A DNA stretch of 64,000 nt from a virus (IMGVR_UViG_3300031813_000004:64001-128000); one strand, 5' to 3'; counted from the first letter of the stretch, positions 30,585-40,156 are shown. Numbers and translations are program-made. The notes: a model not told the origin generated them from the sequence alone.

Positions 30585-30723
30585 TTTTATAGAAACTTCT
30601 GTTGTTTGGGGAACTGTATGTTTTTCGTTTTTCTGGAGAATTAAATTTATTAGAGATTACACAGGTACTTTATTATTTAGTTTAGGTTATTATCTATTTG
30701 TTTTATACAATCTATTTAGATAA
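30574..30723 (+). CDS. small membrane protein (49 aa, not in track)
   Basis: MSYDFIETSVVWGTVCFSFFWRIK...GYYLFVLYNLFR. Confidence 0.4.
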   Translation: MSYDFIETSVVWGTVCFSFFWRIKFIRDYTGTLLFSLGYYLFVLYNLFR

Positions 30724-30779
30724 ATTTAAAATAATATTTGTATAGAATAATTCTATACATTAACAAAAAGGAGATAAAA

Positions 30780-31541
30780 ATGTTTAGAAAACTGGTAATT
30801 TTGATGGGATTAACTTTCATGTTAAGTGGTATTAGTTATGGTGGTCAAACAGCTTGTCCTCAACATTTTGCTGATGGGCAAGCTCAGGATTTAATTTCAT
30901 CTCTTTTACCAAGAACTAAAGAATTATGTTTTTCTGAATTTGCTGTTAAACATTCAGGAGTTACAAGAACTGCACTTTATGCCTCTGAACATTTAACTAA
31001 AGACCGTTTGGTTAAAGCTAAATCAGTGCCGAGGCATGATGCATTTCATCCTGAGCAAAAACTTCTTTTAAATGAGAGAGCTGAATTAAGAGATTATACA
31101 AGATCAGGATATGATCGTGGTCATGTTGCACCTGACGCAGATTTTTCAACTCCTGAATTTCAACTTGAATGTTTTAGTTTAGCAAATATGGTACCTCAAA
31201 ATCCAACCAATAACAGAGGGGTTTGGTCAAAGATTGAAGCAGCAGTTAGAAATTATACCAAGAGTACCAACAATAGTGTCTATGTTGTAACTGGTTCAAT
31301 CTATGATGCAAATCCAAAGAAAATAGGAAATGTATCAGTTCCTACTAAATTATTTAAAGCTATGTATGATGAAAATCGCAAAATGGCCGGTGCTTATTTA
31401 GTTGATAATGCATCTAAAACAGAAGTACAACAAATTTCACTTTATACATTAAAACAAATGAGTGGTATTGATGTATTCCCATCTCTACCTGATGTAATTA
31501 AAAATACATGTATGAGACTTCCAACCCCGCATGGTAATTAA
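30780..31541 (+). CDS. secreted DNA/RNA non-specific endonuclease (NucA/EndoG family)
   Basis: signal peptide MFRKLVILMGLTFML; YDRGHVAP, NMVPQ...NNRG.W..IE. Confidence 0.9.
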   Translation: MFRKLVILMGLTFMLSGISYGGQTACPQHFADGQAQDLISSLLPRTKELCFSEFAVKHSGVTRTALYASEHLTKDRLVKAKSVPRHDAFHPEQKLLLNERAELRDYTRSGYDRGHVAPDADFSTPEFQLECFSLANMVPQNPTNNRGVWSKIEAAVRNYTKSTNNSVYVVTGSIYDANPKKIGNVSVPTKLFKAMYDENRKMAGAYLVDNASKTEVQQISLYTLKQMSGIDVFPSLPDVIKNTCMRLPTPHGN

Positions 31542-31547
31542 AAACTA

Positions 31548-31596
31548 AAATTTAGGGAGAGTTAATAATAATAAAAAATTAACTCTCCCTAAATTT
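31548..31596 (+). terminator. 19-bp stem-loop after nuclease gene
   Basis: aaatttagggagagttaat / attaactctccctaaattt. Confidence 0.55.
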
Positions 31597-31610
31597 ATAA
31601 GGAGAAGTAA

Positions 31611-31862
31611 GTGAAAAAATATATCATTATATTATTTTTATTTTTAACAAGTTGTAATCAAGCAAATTATACAAATCAAATAATACAAGAAATTAGAAAC
31701 CAATATCCATCATGTGATATTAGTAGTGCATCGGTAATAAATAATGAGATATCATATCATTATATTATTAGAACAATTGACGGAACAGTATTGTATATAA
31801 TAGGAAACAGTAATAATCCAAAAATTATAACAAGTATTAGATTAATAGGACCTAATAGATAA
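31611..31862 (+). CDS. putative lipoprotein
   Basis: MKKYIIILFLFLTSC lipobox. Confidence 0.65.
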   Translation: MKKYIIILFLFLTSCNQANYTNQIIQEIRNQYPSCDISSASVINNEISYHYIIRTIDGTVLYIIGNSNNPKIITSIRLIGPNR

Positions 31863-31874
31863 AAGGAGAATTAA

Positions 31875-32237
31875 ATGTCTATCCAATCTAATAAAGAAGA
31901 AAATATTTATATTACAGAAGAACAATTAAACTTAATAATAAAAAAATTATTTAGTTTTAATTACACTATAATAGAAATTAGATTTTGTGGAACATTACCA
32001 GGAATTGAATGTGGAGGTTTAACTTCTAAAGTTAATAAACCTATTAATAATATTTTAAATGATCTTATTGATATAGGAATTAAAGCTTATACACCTGAAG
32101 AAAAAGATGGTTGTTATTCAGATAGACATATAATATATTTTGAGTTAAATCAAGAAAAAAGAAAAAAAGATTTATCGCCTGAAGAAAGAAGTCCAATTCC
32201 TTTTAAAACATATTTCAATATTTCAAAGGAAAATTAA
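31875..32237 (+). CDS. hypothetical protein
   Basis: 120 aa, AGGAG RBS. Confidence 0.6.
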   Translation: MSIQSNKEENIYITEEQLNLIIKKLFSFNYTIIEIRFCGTLPGIECGGLTSKVNKPINNILNDLIDIGIKAYTPEEKDGCYSDRHIIYFELNQEKRKKDLSPEERSPIPFKTYFNISKEN

Positions 32238-32504
32238 ATGATAACATATGAAGTAAATGATGAAACAAAATGTTTATTAGGACCAGAATTTTCTAATACT
32301 CCGATTGGGCGTGGTGTGGAATGTTGTTGTATATGTAAAAGTCAATTAAAAGTTAATTCCCATCCATTAGTAGATGAACAAAAAATGATTAAAGAAACAG
32401 GATTTTTTGTTTGTATTTTATTTTATTTAATGGAAAATAGTAATCATTGTGTTATATCTCATAAACATGGTGGATGCGAAATGTTTGAAAAAAGGAGTGA
32501 ATAA
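32238..32504 (+). CDS. Cys-rich hypothetical protein
   Basis: 88 aa, CCCIC...C...HGGCE. Confidence 0.6.
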   Translation: MITYEVNDETKCLLGPEFSNTPIGRGVECCCICKSQLKVNSHPLVDEQKMIKETGFFVCILFYLMENSNHCVISHKHGGCEMFEKRSE

Positions 32505-32505
32505 A

Positions 32506-33534
32506 GTGAACCTAATTGTTAAAATGTATCATGGTAGTACATTATTTGGTACCAGAACACCAGAGAGTGATGTTGATTATAAAGGTGTTTCCTTTCCATT
32601 AGTTAGAGATATTATTTTAAATAAATTACCAAGATTTACTGAAAAACATTCGACAGGAAACCAATATAGTCGAAATACATCTAAAGATAAAGATATAGAA
32701 ATTTTAAGTTTGTATACGTTTATAGAAGAATCTCTCGCTGGTCAGTCAGGAGCATTTGATATGCTTCATACTCCAAAAGATAAAATTATTCAAGGTTCAT
32801 TATTATGGAATACAATTGTTACAAATAGAGAAAAATTTTATAGCAAACAAGTAGTTTCTTTTGTTGGTTTTGCTCAATCACAAGCATCTAAATATTCAGT
32901 TAAAGGAGATCGACTTAATACCATAGTTGAAGTAATTGAATGGTTTAAAAAACAGATTGAAGAACATAAAGCAACTAAAGATAATAAAATTAAAATTAAA
33001 GAATGTGATTTATCTACATTCCCTACAGGTGAATGGATACAATTTATACCAGCTGATCAAATACCAAAGAATCATCCAGACCAACCCACATTTGATACAT
33101 ATGAAATTTGTGGTTGCCAATTTCAAGTTACAGTTCAATTAACATTTGCATTAGAAATATTGGAAAATAAATTACAGAGATATGGAGATAGAGCTAAGAA
33201 AGCTGCTAAAATGGAAGGAGCAGATTGGAAGGCAATATCACATGCATTTAGAGCAGCATATCAAGCTAAAGAATTATTTACCAATTACACAATTACATTT
33301 CCAAGACCTGAATCTAAGTTTCTAACTGATATTAAACTTGGAGTTTATAAATATACTGATTTAGAAACTCAACTTGAAGAATTGATTTTAGAAACTAGAG
33401 AAACCATGGATAAAAGTGATATACCAGAACATCCTGATTATAAATTTTGGGAAGAATTTACTTATGATGTTATTTTAAATCATATTAAATCTGAAATATG
33501 TTTAGATTGTTCAAATTTACCAAGTATGGTTTAA
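32506..33534 (+). CDS. Pol-beta-family nucleotidyltransferase (RlaP / Nuc-transf type)
   Basis: GSTLFGTRTPESDVDYKG, DWKAISHAFR, I.FPRP; GTG start after AGGAG. Confidence 0.8.
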   Translation: MNLIVKMYHGSTLFGTRTPESDVDYKGVSFPLVRDIILNKLPRFTEKHSTGNQYSRNTSKDKDIEILSLYTFIEESLAGQSGAFDMLHTPKDKIIQGSLLWNTIVTNREKFYSKQVVSFVGFAQSQASKYSVKGDRLNTIVEVIEWFKKQIEEHKATKDNKIKIKECDLSTFPTGEWIQFIPADQIPKNHPDQPTFDTYEICGCQFQVTVQLTFALEILENKLQRYGDRAKKAAKMEGADWKAISHAFRAAYQAKELFTNYTITFPRPESKFLTDIKLGVYKYTDLETQLEELILETRETMDKSDIPEHPDYKFWEEFTYDVILNHIKSEICLDCSNLPSMV

Positions 33535-33547
33535 ATAAGGAATAATT

Positions 33548-33913
33548 ATGGCAATTAAACATGTAGTTTATGTTAGAAAACCACATATTCAATCACTAGC
33601 TGCTTTAATTAAACTTAAACGTGATTATCAAGAACAAAGTGTAAAAGAATGGTTAGATTTTAGATTAAAATATTTAACTAAATTTAGATTAATTCATGGT
33701 GATTTATTCTGTTATAAATGTGGAAAAACTGGATTACTTGAAGAAGTTGAAGATAATAATTTACAAAATCAAATACTTGCTACAGTTGAGCATATTATAC
33801 CTATTTCAATAGGTGGTGATAAATATGACGAATCAAATTTAACAGTATCTTGTTATAAGTGTAATCAAAGAGATGATAATAAAATTAAATCAAGTAAATT
33901 AAAAAGGAAATAA
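33548..33913 (+). CDS. HNH endonuclease
   Basis: CYKC...ATVEHIIPISIGG....NLTVSCYKCN. Confidence 0.85.
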   Translation: MAIKHVVYVRKPHIQSLAALIKLKRDYQEQSVKEWLDFRLKYLTKFRLIHGDLFCYKCGKTGLLEEVEDNNLQNQILATVEHIIPISIGGDKYDESNLTVSCYKCNQRDDNKIKSSKLKRK

Positions 33914-33915
33914 TA

Positions 33916-34221
33916 GTGAGTGAAATTTTTGAAGAAACTATAAAATTTAAAGATGGAACTTTTTGTAACTATCGAGAGTATAAATGGGAAGGAGCTTATA
34001 TACCTTCATCAAGACATTGGTGCCCTTTATGTAATGAAGAAATAGAAAAAAATGATATAACATATTTAGCTATTAATAATTTTAAACTTTTTCCAAATGC
34101 AGTAATACATAAATCATGTATTGGTGATAAATCATTAGAAGGTTTAACAATAGATTTAAAAGATAAATATGAAAAATATAAAAAATTCATATCAAATAAT
34201 TTAGCATGGATAAATGATTGA
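33916..34221 (+). CDS. Zn-binding hypothetical protein
   Basis: CPLC...IHKSC. Confidence 0.55.
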   Translation: MSEIFEETIKFKDGTFCNYREYKWEGAYIPSSRHWCPLCNEEIEKNDITYLAINNFKLFPNAVIHKSCIGDKSLEGLTIDLKDKYEKYKKFISNNLAWIND

Positions 34222-34393
34222 AAAATATAAAAAATTTCTTTTATATATTATTATTTGGTAAATGGTCTTGTGGTTATGAATATTGGAATGGAAAACCTAA
34301 ATTAGAATTTGTAAAAGAATATTATGATGGTTGGCATTATGTATTACATATTGGTTCATTATGGATTGAAATAGATTATTAAGGAGAATAAAA

Positions 34394-34624
34394 ATGAAAT
34401 GTCAAAGATGTGATTCAGATAGAATATTATCAGTAAGTGGAAAATCAAATGATATGAATGATTTTGAATTTAAAAATAAAAAACGAAATGATTATGTTCC
34501 TTCTGGATTAAATATTGGGGCTGGTGATTATATTCATTTTAAAACTTGTTTAGAATGTGGTCAAATACAAGGTAATTTCCCAGTTAAGAATCCATCTTTT
34601 TATGAAGAACAAAAGGGAGAATAA
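34394..34624 (+). CDS. Zn-ribbon hypothetical protein
   Basis: CQRC...CLECGQIQG.FP; AGGAG RBS. Confidence 0.65.
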   Translation: MKCQRCDSDRILSVSGKSNDMNDFEFKNKKRNDYVPSGLNIGAGDYIHFKTCLECGQIQGNFPVKNPSFYEEQKGE

Positions 34625-35038
34625 GTGAATAATTATAAAACTAAAATGGTAATAGTTTGGAGAAATGATTTAAAAGTTAGAAAAGGAAAATTCGGGAGTC
34701 AGATCGGGCATGCTGTATTAGGAATATTTACTAAAAATATGGAATTGTATTCATTTGATACAAGTAGTGGTAGAGTTGGAACTATGTCAATGGATGTAAA
34801 TCAAGATATGATTGAATGGTTTGAAAACTCATTTGCTAAAATTTGTTTGAGTTGTGACAGCGAAGAAGAACTATTAGAATTATACAAAAAAGCAGAAGAA
34901 GCTAAATTACCTTGTATATTAATAACTGATAATGGGACTACTGAATTTCATGGAGTTAAAACAAATACATGTATAGGAATAGGTCCAGCTAAAAGTGAAG
35001 AAATAGATAAAATTACTGGTCACCTTAAGTTGGTGTAA
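34625..35038 (+). CDS. pth2: peptidyl-tRNA hydrolase Pth2
   Basis: KMVIV.RNDLK.RKGK..SQ.GHA, KI.L, I.DNG.TEF.G..T.TC.GIGP...IDKITGHLKL. Confidence 0.92.
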   Translation: MNNYKTKMVIVWRNDLKVRKGKFGSQIGHAVLGIFTKNMELYSFDTSSGRVGTMSMDVNQDMIEWFENSFAKICLSCDSEEELLELYKKAEEAKLPCILITDNGTTEFHGVKTNTCIGIGPAKSEEIDKITGHLKLV

Positions 35039-35053
35039 TTTGGAGGTTAAATT

Positions 35054-35515
35054 ATGGATAAGATTGATTTAGTAAAAATGGATATAAAAGAACATCAAGA
35101 AATGGTAAAACAATTTGCAGGAAAAATTATTGCTCTTTTGGAGGAAAGAGTTAAGTATCATGATATGAGTAAACTAATGCCACCAGAAGTTGAAATATTT
35201 GCAGATGCACCAAAAAGAAATGCAATTGAATATCAATCAGAAGAATATAAAGATAATATAAAAGTAAAATTAGAGGTAGCTCTTAAACATCATTATGCGA
35301 GAAATAGACACCATCCTGAACATTTTGAAAATGGTATAAGTGATATGAATTTAATTGATTTATTAGAATTAGTTTGTGATTGGAAAGCTAGTTCATTGGG
35401 GCAAGATGATGGAAATGTATTAACACAAATGACAAAGAATAAAGAAAGATTTAAATTAGATGAACAATTATATCACTTAATTAAAAATACAATGGAACTA
35501 TTTGAGTTAATTTAA
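35054..35515 (+). CDS. DUF5662-like HD-related protein
   Basis: HDMSKL, HHYARNRHHPEHF, DL.E..CDW.A. Confidence 0.7.
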   Translation: MDKIDLVKMDIKEHQEMVKQFAGKIIALLEERVKYHDMSKLMPPEVEIFADAPKRNAIEYQSEEYKDNIKVKLEVALKHHYARNRHHPEHFENGISDMNLIDLLELVCDWKASSLGQDDGNVLTQMTKNKERFKLDEQLYHLIKNTMELFELI

Positions 35516-35529
35516 AAAGGAGAAACATA

Positions 35530-35760
35530 ATGAAAAGCGAATTAGTAAAAAAAGAAACAAAACAACAATACCCATGTTTAATGAAATTTAAAGATAATGA
35601 TAGAAAAGGAACTTTTATAGTTTTATTTAATGTTTATGGTAGTGGAGTCATAGTTTATACAGAAAGAAATGACAATTCAAGTGTTGGTTCTTATTATAGT
35701 GCTTGGGATATGAACAATTTTACTTTAACTAATGACAAAATTATTTTATCAAATGAATGA
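35530..35760 (+). CDS. hypothetical protein
   Basis: YPCLM...IVLF...G...W...F....I.LSN small phage family pattern. Confidence 0.6.
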   Translation: MKSELVKKETKQQYPCLMKFKDNDRKGTFIVLFNVYGSGVIVYTERNDNSSVGSYYSAWDMNNFTLTNDKIILSNE

Positions 35761-35930
35761 AACAAAAATATATTTTAGATTATGAAATAAATCAACCTTC
35801 AACATGTTATGATTGTAAATATAGATTTTGGGATGAATTATTAAATTATTGTTTTTGTCAAATTAACCAAAGACCTTATTTAAAAGATGTTAATAAAATG
35901 TGGGAATGTGATGGATATTATGAAAACTAA
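35757..35930 (+). CDS. 4-Cys 'DEL' microprotein, satellite copy (57 aa, not in track)
   Basis: CYDC-KYRFW-DEL-LNYCF-C...RPY...ECDGY. Confidence 0.7.
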   Translation: MKQKYILDYEINQPSTCYDCKYRFWDELLNYCFCQINQRPYLKDVNKMWECDGYYEN

Positions 35931-36108
35931 AAAACTACCAATGGATTTTTCATACCCAGTAAAATGTGTTGATTGCAAACATAGATTTGAAGATGAATTA
36001 TTAAAGTATTGTTTTTGCAAAATAGAACAAAGACCATATTATCAAAAAATTGGATATGATGCTACAACAAGAGAGTGTGATGGGTATGAAAAAGAAAATA
36101 TATTCTAG
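35920..36108 (+). CDS. 4-Cys 'DEL' microprotein, satellite copy
   Basis: CVDC-KHRFE-DEL-LKYCF-C...RPY...ECDGY. Confidence 0.7.
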   Translation: MKTKKLPMDFSYPVKCVDCKHRFEDELLKYCFCKIEQRPYYQKIGYDATTRECDGYEKENIF

Positions 36109-36268
36109 TTGTATTTTTCCAGGCTTCTTTTGTAAAAGATGTAAATATTTATTTTATGATGAATTAGTTCATTGGAATATATGTATGATGAATAAAACTC
36201 CATATCAAGAGGAAAGTGATAGATATTCAAAATATCACTGCGAGTTTAGAATAATACAGGAGGGTTGA
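36086..36268 (+). CDS. 4-Cys 'DEL' microprotein, satellite copy
   Basis: CKRC-KYLFY-DEL-VHWNI-C...TPY...C. Confidence 0.7.
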   Translation: MKKKIYSSCIFPGFFCKRCKYLFYDELVHWNICMMNKTPYQEESDRYSKYHCEFRIIQEG

Positions 36269-36513
36269 TTATGCAAAAATCAAAAGCTCCATGGTCGCAT
36301 GAAGAAGTTGCAAATTTAAAGAAAAGACAAACAATTGGAATTATGCATGAGTATACATGTGGTTGTGGAAGGTCTTTAATACCAACAATTGAAGGTTGGA
36401 AATGTGTATGTAAACCTGGAGTAATTCAAAATTGGGCTGAACAAGCAGATGCTGATGGAAGGTTTATAGAATTTGCAAATGATATAAAAAATAAATTTGA
36501 GGGATTAAAATGA
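36265..36513 (+). CDS. conserved phage hypothetical protein
   Basis: APWS.EEV.NL..RQ....MHEYTC...L.PT..GW.C.....QNWA. Confidence 0.65.
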   Translation: MIMQKSKAPWSHEEVANLKKRQTIGIMHEYTCGCGRSLIPTIEGWKCVCKPGVIQNWAEQADADGRFIEFANDIKNKFEGLK

Positions 36514-36758
36514 GATCTCTTATTAAAATAATTAAGGAATGTATTTGGGAATATTTTCATCCTATTTCTTGTTTTAAACAAATGTTGGAAGAATCTAAAA
36601 ATAAAAAGGAGAATAAGTAAATGGAAGCTTTATGTAAAGAATGTTGTAATTGTAAGATGTTTAAAGAAGGTAAATGTTCATTAGGTTTAAATGAATCTGC
36701 TATTAATTGTGGTAGTTGGACGAATAAACTTCAACTTTTACAGGAATAATGATAACGG

Positions 36759-36803
36759 AAAAATGTACCACTCAATTTTTTATATTGAGTGGTACATTTT
36801 TTT
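36759..36803. terminator. bidirectional terminator between convergent blocks
   Basis: aaaaatgtaccactcaat / attgagtggtacattttt 18-bp stem. Confidence 0.8.
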
Positions 36804-36812
36804 GTTTAAATT

Positions 36813-38738
36813 TTATTGAATATAAAAATTGTTCATAATGATTTCTAAAGGTGTATCAGGATTCAAGATTATAGTCGAATGGCATCTCTTAGTCTTTAGC
36901 TCGTAATCAGTTGCAGAGACTTCAACACTAAAAGAATTCAAACCTCTCCGTTTTTGAATGTCATTCAAAAATGAAACTATCTCACCATTAATTTTACTCC
37001 AAGTAATTGCATCATTCTGCTCAAAAATATATGCTCGACAGAATTGAGCCAATGCTCTCTTAATGAACATATACATTCTAACTACGCTTAAATTTTGCAT
37101 TTTTGAAGATTGAGTCTGGCTAGTAAGATTACCCCAAACTGTATATCCTTCATTGAACTTAACAATAGGATTTAATTGAGCAAGATAGAATTGATCCCTA
37201 TCACCTAACTTTGGATTATATCTTAATTGTTTAATTGTATCTATTGATCCTCTATTGAATCCTGCTGCAGCAAACCACAATTCTGCAACATTATCATTTC
37301 TAGGAAGAATATAAGCCATATGATAAACAGGTGAAACCCAGATATCTTGACCAGTAAAAATATCATAAACTTGATTGTATTCTTCATAAAGTGCAGTATG
37401 AAAATCATTAAATACATTTACATTCTGTCTCGTTGTTAATGCAGCAGATACATTTGCATTATCACCATTATCAAGAATTGCAACACAATCATCTCTAACT
37501 TGAGCTAATGTTGCAATTTGAGTTTTAACATCATTAGGATAACCACCATCAAACACCATTGAGAAATAAATATTTTCAGTGTCTAATACTGAATCATCAA
37601 GCAAACCAGCATAACCATCTGCTAATATCTGAGTTGCAGTTACAGTATTTAATGTTCCATTACTAGTCACTAATCCACCATCTGAACCAAATTTCATAGC
37701 TGTTGGAATATTAGAAGTAAATGCAAAAGAAATATCTAAATTGAAAGTTTTAACTTGGTATGTAACAACAGTATTTACATTAAAAGAAGTTGTGTCGCCT
37801 GACCAACCAAGAGTGGTTAACCCAGAATTTGAATAAACATTAACTTCAGTTCCGTTATTGGTTGGGGTATTCCCAAGATAACCATAAATTTTGTTGCCCC
37901 AAGAATCTATAGCAATAACTTTATAACCAGCCCATTGTGTAAAATTTTGTTTGTCATCACTAATATTAGCAGGAGTTAAATTAACAGAAACGCTACCTAC
38001 ATTATTAGCATAAACTTTAATAGTTTTGTAATAACCAGAAGTGTAATCTCCACCATCTGATACATTCATTAAAGCTCTTAATATTGAAGAATAAGTATTA
38101 AGTACATAAACAATCCAAGTAGAATCACCAGATAAATCTGTAGAATTAGGATCAAATGAAACTTGGAAAGATTCAACAATAACTTCTGACCCATTTGATT
38201 GAACTTGATAAATATCTAAAATATAAAGGCCTGATACTAAAGGATTTGAATATTTAGTAAATCTAACACCCAATGAATTATAAAAATCACCTCTACCAAC
38301 TGGATATAAAATACAAAGGGGAAAAACAGAAGTTCCATCAGTTGCATTTAATGCAGTATAAATCGAATCCATTGTATTTAATGAGTTATTATATTTAACT
38401 TGAATAGCAGGAACATTCCCAACATCTGTAACATTAATCTGTAAGTTAGAATATGCAGCATCAGTAGGCATGCATCTCATAAAATAAAATGAGCCAGATT
38501 CATTTAAATAATTATAAGCCATATATGGAGCTTGCCCATAATTTTTACCATAAGTATTGATATTTGGTTGACCAAATTGAGAAGTTAATGAAGTATTAGA
38601 ACTTAGATAAGTTAAAATATTATCTGGTCCTTGTTTAGTTAAACCTGAAATAAACCCTATTGTTCCAGGAACAACTCCAACATAATTACTTAAATCAGTA
38701 AGTGTGGAATATACGCCTGGGGATATTGGAGTTGCCAT
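36813..38738 (-). CDS. tail sheath protein
   Basis: SPGVYS, FGQP, RDDCVAILD, WFAAAGFNRG, LNPIVKF, WGN.T, VVRM, YIFEQND. Confidence 0.95.
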   Translation of the reverse strand: MATPISPGVYSTLTDLSNYVGVVPGTIGFISGLTKQGPDNILTYLSSNTSLTSQFGQPNINTYGKNYGQAPYMAYNYLNESGSFYFMRCMPTDAAYSNLQINVTDVGNVPAIQVKYNNSLNTMDSIYTALNATDGTSVFPLCILYPVGRGDFYNSLGVRFTKYSNPLVSGLYILDIYQVQSNGSEVIVESFQVSFDPNSTDLSGDSTWIVYVLNTYSSILRALMNVSDGGDYTSGYYKTIKVYANNVGSVSVNLTPANISDDKQNFTQWAGYKVIAIDSWGNKIYGYLGNTPTNNGTEVNVYSNSGLTTLGWSGDTTSFNVNTVVTYQVKTFNLDISFAFTSNIPTAMKFGSDGGLVTSNGTLNTVTATQILADGYAGLLDDSVLDTENIYFSMVFDGGYPNDVKTQIATLAQVRDDCVAILDNGDNANVSAALTTRQNVNVFNDFHTALYEEYNQVYDIFTGQDIWVSPVYHMAYILPRNDNVAELWFAAAGFNRGSIDTIKQLRYNPKLGDRDQFYLAQLNPIVKFNEGYTVWGNLTSQTQSSKMQNLSVVRMYMFIKRALAQFCRAYIFEQNDAITWSKINGEIVSFLNDIQKRRGLNSFSVEVSATDYELKTKRCHSTIILNPDTPLEIIMNNFYIQ

Positions 38739-38775
38739 CTGTTTTCTCCTCCTATGTTACTATTTATTTTATACG

Positions 38776-39447
38776 TTATACGTAGATGTACCACACAAAT
38801 AATAATGGTCTTGTTGAATCTTTAACTAATGTAGGGAATGTAACTCTGGCAAATAAATGAAATGGACCTGTATAATTTCCAGAATTACTAGCAGCGGTAT
38901 ATAAACCAGCTTCATTTATTTGACTACCATTTGCATCATTAGTTCCGATAGATGTAATAACTCTACAAATTAAATATGCATTATTGTTTGAAGAATCTTG
39001 TTCAAAATCTACAGAATCAAATGGATGTTTTGTATATCCTCCCAATATTGAACTAAATCCAGAACATGTTGCATCAGTTGGGTTTATCATGATTTTAGAT
39101 TGTAAGTCAGTATCAGTACTATTTGCAACATATGGTACAAAAGGATTTTGAGAAGGTGCTCCACCATTACCTAAACCTAACCAGCATATGAATTCATTTT
39201 GAACTGCAGTAGAATCAGATATTGCTGCTAAATTAGGCATATTGAACATTCTACAAGCTACAATACTTCTTCCTTGATACACTACTAAATTTGATTTTTG
39301 AATTAATTTTTTTTGTCCTTCTTCATCAACTTCAAATATATGGACCATACCTAAAGGTTTTCTTTCTGTTCTATCAGGACACATTGAATCATTAAAGCAA
39401 TGTTCACCATAATGATCATCTATCTTTATAACTTTAGTTTTTTCCAT
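38776..39447 (-). CDS. virion structural protein (tail collar / fibre-attachment gpH-N-like)
   Basis: NLVVYQGR, GLGNGG, NEAGLY, LFARVTFP...K....L.FVW.IY. Confidence 0.7.
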   Translation of the reverse strand: MEKTKVIKIDDHYGEHCFNDSMCPDRTERKPLGMVHIFEVDEEGQKKLIQKSNLVVYQGRSIVACRMFNMPNLAAISDSTAVQNEFICWLGLGNGGAPSQNPFVPYVANSTDTDLQSKIMINPTDATCSGFSSILGGYTKHPFDSVDFEQDSSNNNAYLICRVITSIGTNDANGSQINEAGLYTAASNSGNYTGPFHLFARVTFPTLVKDSTRPLLFVWYIYV

Positions 39448-39486
39448 ATTTTATATTATTCCTTTATATTTTTTATGTGAACTCAT

Positions 39487-39502
39487 TTCTTAAATTTGTT
39501 CT
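39487..39502 (-). promoter_or_regulatory. putative late promoter motif
   Basis: rc AGAACAAATTTAAGAA upstream of sheath operon. Confidence 0.55.
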
Positions 39503-39531
39503 TATTTATTTCTAATATCAGTTCTAAATTT

Positions 39532-39566
39532 TTAAGAATTCTTTATTATGCTATATATATTAATTA
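39532..39566 (+). promoter_or_regulatory. bipartite early-type promoter, copy C
   Basis: TTAAGAATTC-TTTATTATG-CTATATATATTAATTA. Confidence 0.7.
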
Positions 39567-39621
39567 CTAAGAAGAAGTATTTTGGGTGTTTTTAGAATAC
39601 CCACAAATTACAAAAGGAGAT

Positions 39622-40110
39622 ATGAAAATGTCAAATGTATTTAAAGAAAATGTCGTGTTCTCCGCCTACAGCAAGTTCTTTGGGGAACTAAAAGATCGGG
39701 CAACAACGGCGGGAAGCTCAACGAAGAAAAGAATTCATGACAGCATCAAAGAAGCATTTCCCGGCCTGGACAGTGACGTAAAAGAGGCAGCGAAAAAGAT
39801 CGATGCCTCAATGACCGAGGTATCTGAAATCAAAATGATGATACTCGGTCTGGAAAAGAAGTTGGAAAAGGTCCAGGAAGAAGTAGCAACAAACCAGAAG
39901 GAAATAAAAAAGGGATTGACCATCCTGACTGAAGCCATCCAGATGGCTCAGAAAGGCCCGGCTGAAACCTCAGCAGAACTGGTCAAACTGACCAACGCAG
40001 TCGACGACACCAATAAGATCGTAATAAATCTCATGGGAGGAAACAGCAGGATAATCCCAACCATCAAAAAACAGCTGGCAGGAAAAAAAGATCCGACGGT
40101 TTCGGGTTGA
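39622..40110 (+). CDS. coiled-coil protein with anomalous base composition
   Basis: AAAGGAG RBS before ATG 39622/39628; hand count 39661-40080: about 46% GC, 15% T. Confidence 0.75.
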   Translation: MKMSNVFKENVVFSAYSKFFGELKDRATTAGSSTKKRIHDSIKEAFPGLDSDVKEAAKKIDASMTEVSEIKMMILGLEKKLEKVQEEVATNQKEIKKGLTILTEAIQMAQKGPAETSAELVKLTNAVDDTNKIVINLMGGNSRIIPTIKKQLAGKKDPTVSG

Positions 40111-40114
40111 TTTA

Positions 40115-40156
40115 GAAAAACAAAATTGGGGTAGTATTTCCCAATTTTGTTTTTTG
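40115..40156 (+). terminator. rho-independent terminator
   Basis: aaaaacaaaattggg / cccaattttgttttt + T-run directly after stop. Confidence 0.75.
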
